Shown piece after piece: positions 1-12,699 of a DNA stretch of 64,000 nucleotides. This DNA is from Eledone cirrhosa. Taxonomy: Eukaryota. The stretch spans positions 376,774,001 to 376,838,000 of the forward strand of contig OZ024741.1 of the NCBI GenBank assembly GCA_964016885.1. The letters are read 5' to 3'. Position 1 is the first letter of the stretch. Each line of letters begins with the position of its first letter. The translations under genes and the position numbers were made by a program. Under the pieces are notes generated by a model that saw nothing but the letters and a program-made list of their open reading frames with translations, had not been told where the DNA came from and did no database searches.

Positions 1-9
1 ATATATATA

Positions 10-2980
10 AAATCAGATACAATAAAACGTGGTTTAGATGACTCCTAACCAGTAGAGGATCCGGTGGACCATCCACCATAGGGACCACAAACTATTGGTT
101 ATTGTTGTCCATTGGCCATTGGTACGGGGTGTAGGGGACCTACAGGGGGGGGGGGCGTTGTGGGAGGCCGTAACTGGGCTTTATCCATATAGCTTGAGGA
201 AAGTTCCCGTCCTTAGGTGTCTGCAGGCACCGATAAGTCGGCCCTTCTGTTTAATAGCTTGGTTTCGCCAAGAAGAATCTCGAGTGTCTCACTAAGACAG
301 AGGTTGCAAATACCAGACCCGCCTCTGTCTGGGGGAACCTTTCTAACCACGGACCAGACCAGAGAGTGCGGGGTCTTTTCAAGTTTGAGCTTCCAGATCA
401 ATTCAGAATGGGCCGTACATTTCCTCTTATCTATTCTGTTAAAGGAATGGCGATGGTTATACCACCGATCTTTGAAGCTCGTCGCTGTGGATCCTATGTA
501 GTCGGGCTGTGAGTGACTTTGCACCTGTAGACCACGTTTTTCGTCATGCATTCATTACTAAGGGGGCATAGTGATGTGTCTCTGCAATTACATGACTTCT
601 TAAGCCCACCACATGTACCGCGTGGTTACCATCAATCGGGGTTGGCTGGGTAGCCTCTGCAATCAGCACAGGGTCGTTGGGTTCCGATGTGCTAGTTGGG
701 ACTGTCCGGGTTCCGTTGCGTCCCGCGTGCTGCTTCTGTTGGGTGGCTCCGGGGTTTACGGTGGTATTAGAGGCAGTGAGTCTATTCCTATTTATGCCAG
801 CTATCTGCTGGGCTACGGAACGTGTGGTTGAGTAGGAAAGTTTCACCGTGTGCCTGTTGAATATTATCTGGTACTTGTGGGCCCTAGGGAAACATTTATC
901 CAGTACTCTAAAGAATGTTCTGGCCAGGCTGGTACGTAGACCCACCGAGTACGGAGGGTTATACCATGTGACCTTCCTGGTCCTATTCTTGCGGGGTTGT
1001 TGGGTGTCCGCCGTGGGCCATCGCGTGGTTGTGCACAGCTCAGGTCGAGCTCGGTTGGTGTCACTCGGGTGTGCGGAGCGGTCACTATCATGAGGGTTAT
1101 ATGGGCCCACCGTGGGGATATAAATCCGCGAGGTGCGGCCTCCCTGCTCGAATAGCGTTCGGCTGGTGGTGGGGCGCGTGCAGGGGTGCCTATGCTCCGC
1201 AGCACAGTGGTGTTTCGCCTTGTAGGTATGCGGGACCTTCTACCGGAGGTGGTGACGCATAAGGGTCTGGGAGTGTTACTACTGGTCACCGAGGTTTTAG
1301 GTGGGCGACTCATGCCCCTGAGCGTATTGGTCCGGGGTACCCTTGAGTCATCTCGATCATGCCCCTTAGGGTTATAGCTGATCCTATCGCTGTGGGACGC
1401 CTTAGCTAGCGCTGAGTTATAGTAATCAGCGGTACTATTGAAGATCTCATTATTGGCCGACAAGTTAGAGATCCTGTCAGAGAGACTCTTAACTACGGCC
1501 TTAATTATAGATCTATGGTGATTAGACCCAGCATTGATATAGACCAGCTTCTCAATGGGTTTATGATATGGGTGGTGTAGCTTGGTGTTGAGGTTGAGGG
1601 TGGTGTCCAGGAAATTCAATACTTTTCTATTGGGTTCCATCTCTACCTTAAGTTCTAACTTGCTAAAAAGTGCCTAATTCTCCTCTTCATATTTTCGACC
1701 ATTGTGGTGCTGTGGTCCACTACGGTGAAGACTGCGTCGTCTCGGTACAGCCCGCTACCCAGGTTGGTATTTCTCTCCTGATCTCGTAGAGTATTTATAT
1801 CCCAACCAAGTCCGTTAGCTGCGCGGAGTCACTGGAGCCCATTGTAATGTCACAATTATTTGGCCAGTCGCTCCGTGTCCATATGTCCCCACCGAATTGG
1901 ATCAGGGTCTTTCTGGCAGCGTGTATGATTCGGACCTCGTCGTGTATTAGGTCTGTCCTATTCATCGCGAATATGAGTGGCTTGTTCAGGACTATGGGCG
2001 AGATAGAGGAGTAGTAATTGTTGATGTCTAGTTGTAGAAGCTAGTCTTATGTTTTTCAGGTAAAAATGTAAACCAGTCCAGCTCCTGGCTGGTGCAGGAC
2101 CAGAGTTGTAACCTTATTTTACTCTTAAGTGTGGACAGGATCCTAGCTAAAATGCTTTTGCTAATAACCCCCATGTCTGACCGGGAGGGGTCTATCAGTC
2201 TGATCGGCAGGTTAGACTCGAAGTTTGGTTTGTGGTCCTTAATGGTAAAACTCGGCTCCCCTGGTTAGTATGGGGCCGTCCTATCATCTATACCAAGACC
2301 AGATACGATCTCATAAGCCTTGATTTTGATATCCTCCAGGGTAGCCTCGGACATTTTTTTGTAGCTTTTTCTCAATCCCCTGAGGATTAGCTCATGGTAA
2401 AGTTGAACGTCCATGCTTAAAGGTTGTTGGTTTTGTCGGCATGGGCGAGTATTCCTGTAGACTCTTTAAACTCGGTAATTCCATTTTCCAGTCGTCTAAG
2501 GCACTCTCGACCCCGGTATGGTTGGTCGGAAAATTTGATGTTGGAAATGATGCCAATCATTTCGTTCTCAAACTCTTCCAATAGTATGTTGTGGGTAGGT
2601 GGATGGGGGGGTTCTTCTTGATCTGAAGAGGCACTCCATGGTTTTTTGGTTATTAATATTGGGGTTTACTCTATCAAAGTGGTAAGCCCTCCACCTCATA
2701 CAGCGTATTAGTGAGTCAGTACTCTTAGTGAGATTCCTGGTGTATTCTCTTTTACCCGGTAATGGGATGTCCTTCAGTGATGTCAGAGGGGTGAGTTTAT
2801 TCATATTGGCTGCGGTCCGCTACTGTATGAAGCGATTAACAGGGTGTGGAGCATGGGGTAAGACAGAAAGTAAGTGTTGGTAAAATCCAGTAATTCAGTA
2901 TGCGGATGGGGAGCACTCAACGAAGATATAACTTCCGGAGTAATAATAGTGATGAAACAAAAGTCAATTGCATGAACTCA
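10..2980 (-). mobile_element. Near full-length degenerate Penelope-like element (Hydra-like), RT plus C-terminal GIY-YIG, broken by stops and frameshifts
   Basis: N-terminus 'SLKDIPLP..LIRCMRWRA' (2568-2804); RT motif LYRDDA at ~1735-1750; 'LNFLDTTLNL..PYHKP..GSNH' (864-1640); 'RKVTWYNPPYS' (544-1110); 'YIGSTATSFKDRWYNH..CNLCLSE' (213-551); (TA)n at both ends. Confidence 0.9.
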
Positions 2981-3150
2981 TATATATATATATATGGATA
3001 TATATATATACACACACATATATTGCCAATATCGGTAGTATCATATATCATATATTCTATATGTGTGTGTACATATATATATATATATATACATATATAG
3101 AATAAATGAGAAAACACAGGTAAGCATTAAAAAAAAGGATTTTATCCAGG

Positions 3151-3251
3151 TATTTACGACCGTTTCATTGGTAAGTGCAACCTTATATCGCTATACTGCA
3201 AATAGCAGCCACTCAATAATAATTGTTGTTCACATATAAATTTTCAAAATA
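3151..3251 (-). ncRNA. Type I hammerhead ribozyme, U3-A8 core, long domain II
   Basis: TATT-TTGAAAA-[~74 nt]-GAAAC-GGTC-GTA/AATA; stem II is weakened in this copy. Confidence 0.55.
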
Positions 3252-4614
3252 ATAAATAAGTTACTCGGAAAAGGTTCTTAATATATAAAAAAAAACATTT
3301 TTTGGAATTGTATTTAGTAGTATAGAGAGAGAGGAAAGGGGAGAGGAATTAGAAAGTAGAGTGACAAACGGAGATGGAGGGAGGGGTAAAGGTGGAAGGA
3401 TTCCTCGATCAATTTTGATTCGTAGACTTGATGTCGTCAATTTACAGTGTAGGGAGTGAAAGAGAATTAAATTGTTTATAGTGGGAGGGAGGGAGATATA
3501 TATAGAGAGAGGGGGAGAGATAGAGAGATAAATATATATATAAATAAAAATAAAAAAGGAGGGAAGAGAAAAAAGAAAAGAAAAGAAAATATAGCAAAAA
3601 AAGGGAGAGAAGAAAAGAAGAAAACGAAAAAAGAGAAAAAGGAATGAAGGAGGAGAGATGGACATAGGTATTGATTATTGTGGGTAATTAAAGGGGTTAG
3701 ATTCAATAAGAGGGTAGAAAGTCTAAGTATATACAGTTTGTCAGGTGGTAGTAAGAGGTTAAGGGTTCGATTTGTACTTGTAGTGCGAACATTTTTCTTT
3801 GAGTCTATGGTTACAATAAATTGACCTTTCGATTTTATTGTTGAATAACTTATTCTTCGAACACAAAATGTGGAACAGTTCAAGGTCACATAACCGACAG
3901 CTTCTCATACCACTCCCTATGGGGGCGCGTTCGATAACTTTGTCCACTTCAGGGTGTATTGATTGTTACTTTCCCTGAGTTGCCAGGTCTTGTTCGCAAG
4001 GGTAGTTACATAACGATGCTAGGAATGTTTCATTGTGTAACGGGGTTTATACCAACCAGCTTTAAAAGTATTCCCAGTCGTTCCGATATAATACCAGTTT
4101 TGGTTGTCAGATTCTACTGTGCATTCGTTTTTCTCTTTTTTCGTTTTCTTCTTTTCTTCTCTCCCTTTTTTGCTATCTTTTATTTCCTTTTTTATCTCCC
4201 CCTTCTTTATTTATATTTATATATATATATATATTTATCTCTATATCTACCCCCCCCCTCTCTCTCCCTCCCACTATAAACAATTTAATTCCCTTTAACT
4301 CCCTATACTGTAAACTGACGACATCAACTCTACGAATCTAAACTGATTGAGGAATCCTTCCACCTTTACCCCTCCCTCCATCTCCGTTTGTCACTCTACT
4401 TCCTAATTCTTCTCCCCCTTCATATCTCTCTATACTACTCCGTTTGTCACTCTACTTCCTAATTATTCTCCACCCTCCTCTCTCTCTATACTACTCCATT
4501 CGTCACTTTACTTCCAAATTCTTCTCCCCCTTCCTCTCTCTCTCTATTAGTAAATACAATTCCCCAAAAATGTTATTTTATATATTAAGAACCTTTTACG
4601 AGTAATTTATTCAT

Positions 4615-4715
4615 TATTTTGAAAATTTGGAGGTGAACAACAATTATTATTGAGAGGCTGATATTTGCAGTATAGCGATATAAGGTTACACTTATCAATG
4701 AAACGGTCGAAAATA
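4615..4715 (+). ncRNA. Inverted copy of the 3151 hammerhead; cleavage triplet mutated (GTA to GAA)
   Basis: TATT-TTGAAAA-TTTGGAGGTG...CACTTATCAAT-GAAAC-GGTC-GAA-AATA. Confidence 0.5.
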
Positions 4716-5029
4716 CCTGGATAAAATCCTTTTTTAATACTTACCTTTGTTTTCTCTTTTATTCTTTATGCTCCAAGATTGAACGTGATTCGTACAAACT
4801 TGCGGAGTTACCCCTAACCGTACGTTGAAACCGCCCATTAAACTGGCTATCTTAACCACGAACTGTATTACAATAAGCAATTTTCTGCTTCCCTAACTAT
4901 ATGCATATATATAGTAGTGCTTAACAACCCCAGCATGTACTCTCTCCTTACTCGCCAACTCCGACCTCCCTATCTTTACCCTCTATTGTATTCCGATTGT
5001 GCTAGGTAGAGCTTATACGCAGCATTGCG

Positions 5030-5090
5030 TTTATTAAGCTCTGATGACGCCTACCCAACGGTATGGATGAAACATTGTAAGCAAATAAAA
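5030..5090 (+). ncRNA. Minimal type I hammerhead ribozyme, canonical core
   Basis: GCT-CTGATGA-CGCCTACCCAACGGTATGGAT-GAAAC-ATT-GTA/AGC; stem I extends as TTTATT/AATAAA. Confidence 0.7.
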
Positions 5091-5126
5091 ACTGTTTGAG
5101 TATGTAAGCGTTCTTTGGTTTCTTTT

Positions 5127-5164
<38 letters not shown>

Positions 5165-5238
5165 GAAAAAAGTCACATAGGGAATACCGGATACTGGACT
5201 GAGGGATGGTGGACTTATGGCGATTATATATATATATA

Positions 5239-6110
5239 TATGAAAGACGTAAAATAAGAAAATTATAAAAATTAACTTACTTACTAAAAATTTCACTCCA
5301 ACTAATTAGTTTCTGAAAGGGTATAAACATAGTTTCCGAAAAAATGTACGGAGAAGCCTTTCGTCATTAGGGAAGTCTATTCTCAGCTAAGTTTCCAGGC
5401 AATGCGTGGACACAGGGAACTTATACAAAAATAATTCAGTGGATGGAAAAAAGCAAAGCGTGGACTAAGTTCCAAGCCATTGAAAAAATCACTGCCTACT
5501 GCGTCGGTGGCAAATTCAAAAGAATCAATCACCTGACATCGAGGTTAATCAGTGAGGAGTGTTTTGTTAAGAAGACAGCAGCCGAACCGTTACTATGAAC
5601 TATAGTAGCAGTTTTGGCCAATTTTTGCTCGACAAAATAATTTGGAGATAATTATAAAGAATTAGTATATTCTACTAATATATATATACAGATGCATCCC
5701 TATGCCAGGAAATATATAGGTTTTGTCTTAGTAACTTTGTTGTTCAATGCATGGGGATGCAGAACAATAATATGAAAGACGTAAAATAAGAAAGTTATAA
5801 AATTAACTTACTTACTAAAATTTCAGTCCAACTAATTAGTTTCTGAAAGGGAATAAACATAGTTTCCGAAGAAACGTACGGAGAAGCCTTTCGTCATCAG
5901 GGGAGTCTATTCTCAGCTAAGTTTCCAGGCAATGCGTGGACACAGGGAACTTATACAAAAATAATTCAGTGGATGGAAAAAAGCAAAGTGTGGTCTAAGT
6001 TCCAAGCCATTGAAAAGATCACTGCCTACTGTCAGTGGCAAATTCAAAAGAATCAATCACGTGACATCGAGGTTAATCAGTGAGGAGTGTTTTGTTAAGA
6101 AGACAGCAGC
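5239..6110 (-). mobile_element. Non-coding ~530-bp tandem unit (about 1.65 copies) with one hammerhead per unit; retrozyme- or pLTR-like
   Basis: 5239-5581 recurs at 5769-6110; HHR motifs at 5295-5376 and 5825-5905. Confidence 0.75.
5825..5905 (-). ncRNA. Type I hammerhead ribozyme with branched domain II
   Basis: ACTCC-CTGATGA-C-GAAAGG...CCTTTC-A-GAAA-CTAATTAG-TT/GGACT; the sister copy at 5295-5376 has a perfect GGAGT strand but a CTAATGA core. Confidence 0.75.
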
Positions 6111-9100
6111 TTCATGTACTCACGATATGACATCATTATCTCATATAAATGTCCCGAGAAATTCAAAAATAGCTGCCTTCATGGAAACATTATGAGGAAC
6201 AAGGATTTTTTCTGGGTGGTAATAGTTCAAACAACCTGTGCCCCATTGAGAGGCTCCAATATGAGACTAACTGAAAATTGCATAAAAAGTGTACATTTTA
6301 AAGATAAATGGAGACCCCTAAGCTCATAGAGTGACACAACATTCAGTCGGTGGTTTTCGCAGAGAGAAAATCTGAAAAATAAAGTCTGATCACGCTTTAG
6401 ATACAAGAACCTTTGAAATACAATGAATGAATCTATTATTTCGAATGTCGCAGTGTCAATTTATTGGAATTTGCTAAACGTGACCGACAAGAAAAATTAC
6501 ACTCCTAGGTTATATAAACAAAGTTGCTGTTCTTAGAGGAATTTTAGAATAAATGTGCATAAATTATATGCCAGGAGTTATATTATGCGGACGACTTGCT
6601 ACGACATGCAAACTGTAACATGTTAGGATCATATTGCAAGTAATTTTGTAATCTACAATATTCGAATATATAATATTTTGTAAATATTATGCCAATCTAC
6701 AATCCCCATTACGGCATAATGAAATATTTATATAAACCGAATTCTGCACATTCCGTAAATGAATTAATGTTAAAAATACACTAAAATTCAATTCTATTAG
6801 ATGTAACAGACGGGGCATTATTATGACTGTAAATACTAAATTAAATTGCAACGTGTGCTATGTTATAAAAACAAATCAGTGCTGAAATATTTAATTTCCT
6901 CTGTATTCTCTATATTTGATAGTGATAGAAATGTAACTTGCAAAATAAAATTTATGTTATATTACATATATAATGTTGTAACCTAGGGAAGCATATTGAC
7001 AATATAGTATACATTTCCGGCTTGTATATTATCTGGAAGTTTTGTGAATAAATTACTAATTATCAGAGAAGCAATGATGATTTCAAATATCAAATTACGC
7101 TGCAATGTAATATTAATTTATACATAAACACACTCTACCAACAACATAAAAATAACAAAGGCGAAACAAAATTGCTTATGTCATCAATTTTGCTGGCAAA
7201 TTTACTGCATTATTAATAGTAGTAATTGTGGTAGTAGTACTGTATATAATATATTTAAGACGCGCACATACACACATGATAGAGAGATAATTTGAGTGGG
7301 GGAGATTAGGTAAAACTAATTTTATATATATATATATGGTAGAAAGATAATATGAGAGGGAGATAAGATAGAACTAATGGTAATCCTTTTCCATATTTGT
7401 CAATTTCATATACCCTACAGCAATGAATTAATTTTGCGTATGCAACTTATTTCGAATTCAAATGTTGCATTCAGAATGTAGCTCAACAAAATAGTTATTC
7501 GTTTACATTTCTCTACCGCTTTTTATGGACATGTGAAATATGCTAAAGTTGTCTTGATGATCTAAGTTATTCTACAATTCAATTTCATTTCATTTCGTGA
7601 AATCTACATATTTCTGGATTCTTTCATATGAAAATAATAAAAATACTTTTTCTTTTACGGAATTATGTCTAATACTCCACCCATTTTCCTGTCATACAAA
7701 GTGTTCTTTCAACATGCTTTGTAAATACATTGTAACATTTCGAATTAAATATAACTGCTGGCTGTCAACTATTATAGCTATACATTGTCTGATGCAATAA
7801 TAGAAGCACAGGTCAACTGATAGGAATCTACATAATATAAACTGAAATCATGATAAAAGAAAATCTTTCGCTTATATGAACTGGTAAATCTGACACTCCG
7901 CCAACGATTTACAGGAAGAACGTTTTATATGTAAGGGAAACGTTCATAGTATATTTGTTTCACTTATAATATCAATCTAGATCATGATTGGAATGCAAAG
8001 GTAATAACGAAATACTGCATGAAACCTAATGATACTAACTATTTACATATTTACATATCACCGTCACACTAATTTCAAGCATAACGAAGATATTAAGAAG
8101 GTCAATTGTAAATATTTCCTTTATCAGATAAACTTTCCCTCGTCTATGCTAAATTATAGAGGTCTCTCTTGATGTATCTGAGAGAAATACGATATCATAT
8201 TTCTAATACCACCATTACGTATCTGAGATGAGAAGCTCCTAGTCATGTTTAACATCTACAGTCTCCATATTTCGAGGAAAACTGAAAAATATTCTTAAAT
8301 GCGTTCTCCGTTTCTCTCATTATGTGAGTCCTATTTGGTTTTTCTGACAATATGAACGATTTAATTACCTACTAATACGAACGTACTTTATCCCAATGTA
8401 AATATTCATAAATACGACACATCGATACAAAACGTAGACACTTTCTATTAGACGCACACAATGTCAAGCACGAACATATTCTCGAAGATTAAGGAGATAT
8501 TCACAACATATGTCAAGGAAACAGCTTAATCCTGATCTAGGTTGATATAGGTGAAACTAATATACTATGAAAGATTCACCTTCCATATAGGAAATGATGA
8601 AAAATTGATAATTACAATTTGTATGTACTTTTTGAAATCATAGGCCACACAACCTCTACTGTTGGCGTCGAGAACATATTTAATGTCCTGCTACCACTCA
8701 GTCGTCTGTATCGTGCTAAATACAAAATATTTGTCTCTCATGCAGAACAGTCCAACAGCAGAATGATGTTGTGTAACTTTGGAATGACATTAATCTTTGA
8801 AAGTAAAATTCTTAGCATATAATACGTATTATATACTACTAAATATTCAAAGTCTAGCAAAATAAAATACGTATTGTCATCCAGTTTAAATATTCATCGT
8901 ATTAGCTCTTACATTCGAATTGCTGATTTTCAGACTTATATTTGCTATCGTTTTACGTCTAACAGGTTAACATGGGAAATTAAGAAAAAGTGATTATTCA
9001 TGATATTGTTCTGAAGATAATCCGGAATACGCCGCACTACCATTTCACTTCCTCGTCGCCATTTGCTTCTACTTCAAATTGGAATTTACCAAAACGCCGA

Positions 9101-9239
9101 ACCCCCCCCCCCCCACCCGTTATGCCTCCGGATATTTACCATCCATCATCGTCATGATAATAATCCGGCGGCCTCAGCCGAAATGGACTCAACAATTGTT
9201 CTCCACGTGGGTCTGTCGTTCATTGCCCTTGCTAGGTCC

Positions 9240-10198
9240 TGGATTTCAATACCAGGATCTCTGGGGATGACGTCGAGATAGGAGTGCTTACACCCCCTGT
9301 TATTGAGACACAGCTTCATATATGGAACGATGACAGTGGCCTAGCACATGTGCCACTATCATCACCCCTGATGGTCCAACAGAGTTTACCACCCACGCAC
9401 ACACACACACCAACATCCATTCAGAAACTTAGACACACACACACACACTTACACCATTTCTGCACACATGCAAATACACATTGCACACGAACCCATATCA
9501 CCTACAGCACATCACGCATCACCTCTTAAACACACAAACACACAAAAAGTTGCACATCTACATATACCCACACTTTACCCCCACACCGCCTCCATATTTA
9601 ACACGATCTTATCCCACCCCATCCGTTCCACTCAATTCACACACACACATGCACCTACACCCATACAGGAACTATACAGGTACAGACATACACTCCACCC
9701 CAACACACACAAACAATGGTTTTCCAAAACCCACATTCCCATACACTTGATTCCTCCCAGAAACTCACACTTACATCCACACATACACACACCTTACCTT
9801 CAGCCATCACCGCTCGGACTCTGATTTTCCTGCATTCCCTCCCCTTCTCCCCCCCCCATTACGAATTACCGCACTCTTTCCATCCTGGACTCCTACCTCC
9901 TTCGACACACTCTCTTTCATTTTTTTTTAAATTCTGTCTTTTTATATATTTCTTTCAATTCTGTTTTTGGTTTATTTTGATTATCTTGTTTATCTTTATT
10001 TTTATTTTTTCTGCCCTTTTATGTTTTTCCTAACAACTCTCCCCCTCACTTCCTCTCGGAGTTCCTCCCAACTCATGAAGGACTTATGTCCGGAACGTCG
10101 TGAACTCTCAACAAGCGTGAAAGTAATTACACAATGTACTAATGATTCACACCATTTGATAATATTTTGCTGATATGTGTTCTATGTCAATTATTTGC

Positions 10199-10200
<2 letters not shown>
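9240..10200 (+). mobile_element. Highly decayed 3' end / pseudo-LTR of a Neptune-like PLE with a degenerate minimal HHR at ~10072-10100
   Basis: CTCATGA-AGGAC-TTAT-GTCC-GGAACGTC; 10140-10200 matches the reverse complement of ~24045-24105; CA-rich tail. Confidence 0.45.

Positions 10201-10290
<90 letters not shown>
10200..10290. repeat. (CA)n microsatellite
   Basis: About 44 uninterrupted CA units. Confidence 0.98.
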
Positions 10291-10295
<5 letters not shown>

Positions 10296-10329
10296 CCCCC
10301 ACACATATATATATATACAGAGGTATCCA

Positions 10330-10799
10330 CAGTAAGTTATGGGGTCTATTCTGCATGAAGAACTCGATGTAATCCATATGTTGAAAAGGTTAAGATAAAT
10401 CCCGGAAAACAATAAAACATTAAAAGGAATACAGAGTCGCGATATATGTTAAAACAATGAAATAAAACATCAAGTCATTAGAGATATACTTCTCTGCTTT
10501 ACGATCGTTTCTAGGTGATGATAATACATTGCAGCTATACTCCGTTATTGATCTATATAAGCTTAGTTACAAAATATCAGATAAAGAGAATATTTACTTA
10601 AATGCATATCACCAGCTGTTTTCAAAAGCAAAATTGCTTTTGAAAACAGCTGGTGATATGCATGTAACAGCTGGTGATACACTAACCTTACATAGATCAA
10701 TAACGGAGTATAGCTGCAATGTATTATTATCACCTAGAAACGATCGTAAATCAGTGAAGTATATCTCTAATGACTTGATTTTTTATTTCATTGTTTTAA

Positions 10800-10801
<2 letters not shown>
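10330..10801. mobile_element. Small palindromic non-coding insertion made of two back-to-back hammerhead-bearing arms
   Basis: 10448-10570 is inverted at ~10680-10800; near-perfect palindrome 10603-10662; HHRs at 10495-10630 (-) and 10635-10753 (+). Confidence 0.75.
10495..10630 (-). ncRNA. Type I hammerhead, U3-A8 core, ~108-nt domain II
   Basis: TGCTT-TTGAAAA-CAGCT-GGTGAT-ATGCAT...ATGTAT-TATC-ATCACC-TA-GAAAC-GATC-GTA/AAGCA; palindromic stem III ACGATCGT. Confidence 0.65.
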
Positions 10802-10859
<58 letters not shown>

Positions 10860-10861
<2 letters not shown>

Positions 10862-11737
10862 AGGTGGGTCAGAAAAGTTCCAGGACTGATGTCACAAAAG
10901 ATTTATTTCAAACCCAAACTTCACACTAAGAGTTTTCTCCTTCAAAGTAATCCCCTGGAGTCTAATGCACCTTTCCATCCTTTTCTGCAACGCTTGCATG
11001 CACTCCTGGAAGGATTCTTCCGGGATCCTCCGCAGTTCCGTCGTCACGACCTTTTTGATGTCGTCCACATCTTCAAAACGAGTCTCCTCCGGGTCGTACT
11101 CGAAGATCCATCAGCGGTGATGACTGTCCCTAGCAAGTCTGGTTCTGTTCCAAGACGCTCGAGGATGTCCTGGCACACTTGCATGCCTCCACCCTTCTGG
11201 TCATCGTTGACCAGTTTTGGCACCATCTTCGCGCAGACTTTCTGCATATCCAAATCTTCAGTGAGAATCTTCCAGACGCTGTCCCAATTCATGCCCAGCC
11301 ATCAGTCGAACAGTCAGTCGACAATCGCTACGCACCATCTGCCTGATGCGCTCAACGTTGACCTCAGTCATGGTTGTTGAAGGCCTTCCGCTCCTGGGGT
11401 CATCTTCCACGTCCTCGCGTCCTTCCTTAAACCTCTTGCACCACTCAAAAACACCTGAGCGTGACATCGTCTCATCTCCATACACTTGCTGCAGCAATGC
11501 CAGTGCTTCTGACGTAGTTTTCAAGTTTGTTCCTGGCTCTGTGCTAATTGCCTGACGACTTGAAACAGAGGACATGTATATGAAATTATGAAGAAAAAAG
11601 TTTGATCGCTGCAGAGAGCTAAGATTACGGTTACATACTCCAGGGGGATTACTTTGAAGGAGAACACTCTTACTGTGAAGTTTGGGTTTGAAATAAATCT
11701 TTTGTGACATCAGTCCTGGAATTTTTGTAACACCTGG
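10860..11737 (-). mobile_element. Internally deleted Tc1/mariner transposon with ~100-bp TIRs
   Basis: TIRs at 10860-10960 and 11637-11737; transposase remnants '[39 protein letters not shown]', 'KVCAKMVPKL', 'VITAD'; most of the catalytic domain missing; inserted in (TA)n. Confidence 0.92.
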
Positions 11738-11804
11738 TATATATATATATATATATTGATTATGAGAATATTTTTCATTTATTAATATTTTGAATAACAT
11801 ATAT

Positions 11805-11869
<65 letters not shown>

Positions 11870-11883
11870 CATATATATAGTTA

Positions 11884-11915
<32 letters not shown>

Positions 11916-11958
11916 CATATATATATATACATACATACATATACATGTATATATGTAT

Positions 11959-12547
11959 ATGGTGGCTGCCAACTCGTTTTCGAGTACGGCCACTACTTTA
12001 TATCCATGTAGGAGAACCCCTACCGATGCGCTGAACGAGTGTGACATTTTAGTCCAGCTAGCGACTTGAAAACTCTGGTACAAACACTACACTTGTGACA
12101 ATTATTGACACATAGTGCTGGGCCCATGGTACCATGTGATGACAAGTGCAGAGAGATCTCCAGATATAAAGCAATGCCTGTGCCGTGAAGCTTTTATAGG
12201 GAGCAAAGGCACTGCACATAGCCAGTCCCTCTCTCTTAATCAAGATGATATTTACCAAAAAGAAGAACAAGTCAACATCATTGGATACCATCAGAGTTGC
12301 AGGTGATATATCAGAGTTTTCCTTCTCCTAGAATTCTGCCTTGACAAAGGCTAAGGGGTCATCTCTCCCGGTGATTTTGGAGTTAAGAGCTCATTTTCCC
12401 TTTGACAGGTTTTGTTTTTAGTCCTGCAGGATGTCCAAAGTCCCCCTCCTCACCAAGAAACCTTGGTGGGGTTGCCAGTTTAGTTGCCAACGACCCGACC
12501 ATGAGACAGGTTGTACTGGGATACATGTTACCAGTAGCACCAACTGG
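11959..12547 (-). mobile_element. ~590-bp non-autonomous RTE-derived element (SINE-like), copy 1
   Basis: Homologous to 59101-59700 and 60012-60603; C2H2 remnant '[15 protein letters not shown]'; 3' stem-loop shared with the RTE LINE at 53451. Confidence 0.8.
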
Positions 12548-12567
12548 TAACATGTATATAACATGTG

Positions 12568-12601
<34 letters not shown>

Positions 12602-12608
12602 CATATAT

Positions 12609-12685
<77 letters not shown>

Positions 12686-12699
12686 TATACATACACACA

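Larger units (their letters stand above)
3098..5130 (-). mobile_element. 5'-truncated Hydra-like PLE: GIY-YIG remnant (~3760-4100) between inverted pseudo-LTR arms (~3098-3648 and ~4122-4765) plus tail
   Basis: Minus strand reads 'WYYIGTTGNTFK..TTLANKTWQLR..CRLCDLE..YCNH'; the arms are reverse complements; the right arm has three ~56-bp tandem repeats (~4382-4550). Confidence 0.8.

Noticed and set aside
20-110. Hammerhead at the 3' end of the first PLE
   Set aside because: A stem-II-like helix and TAAAC-CAC-GTT are present on the minus strand, but no recognisable core
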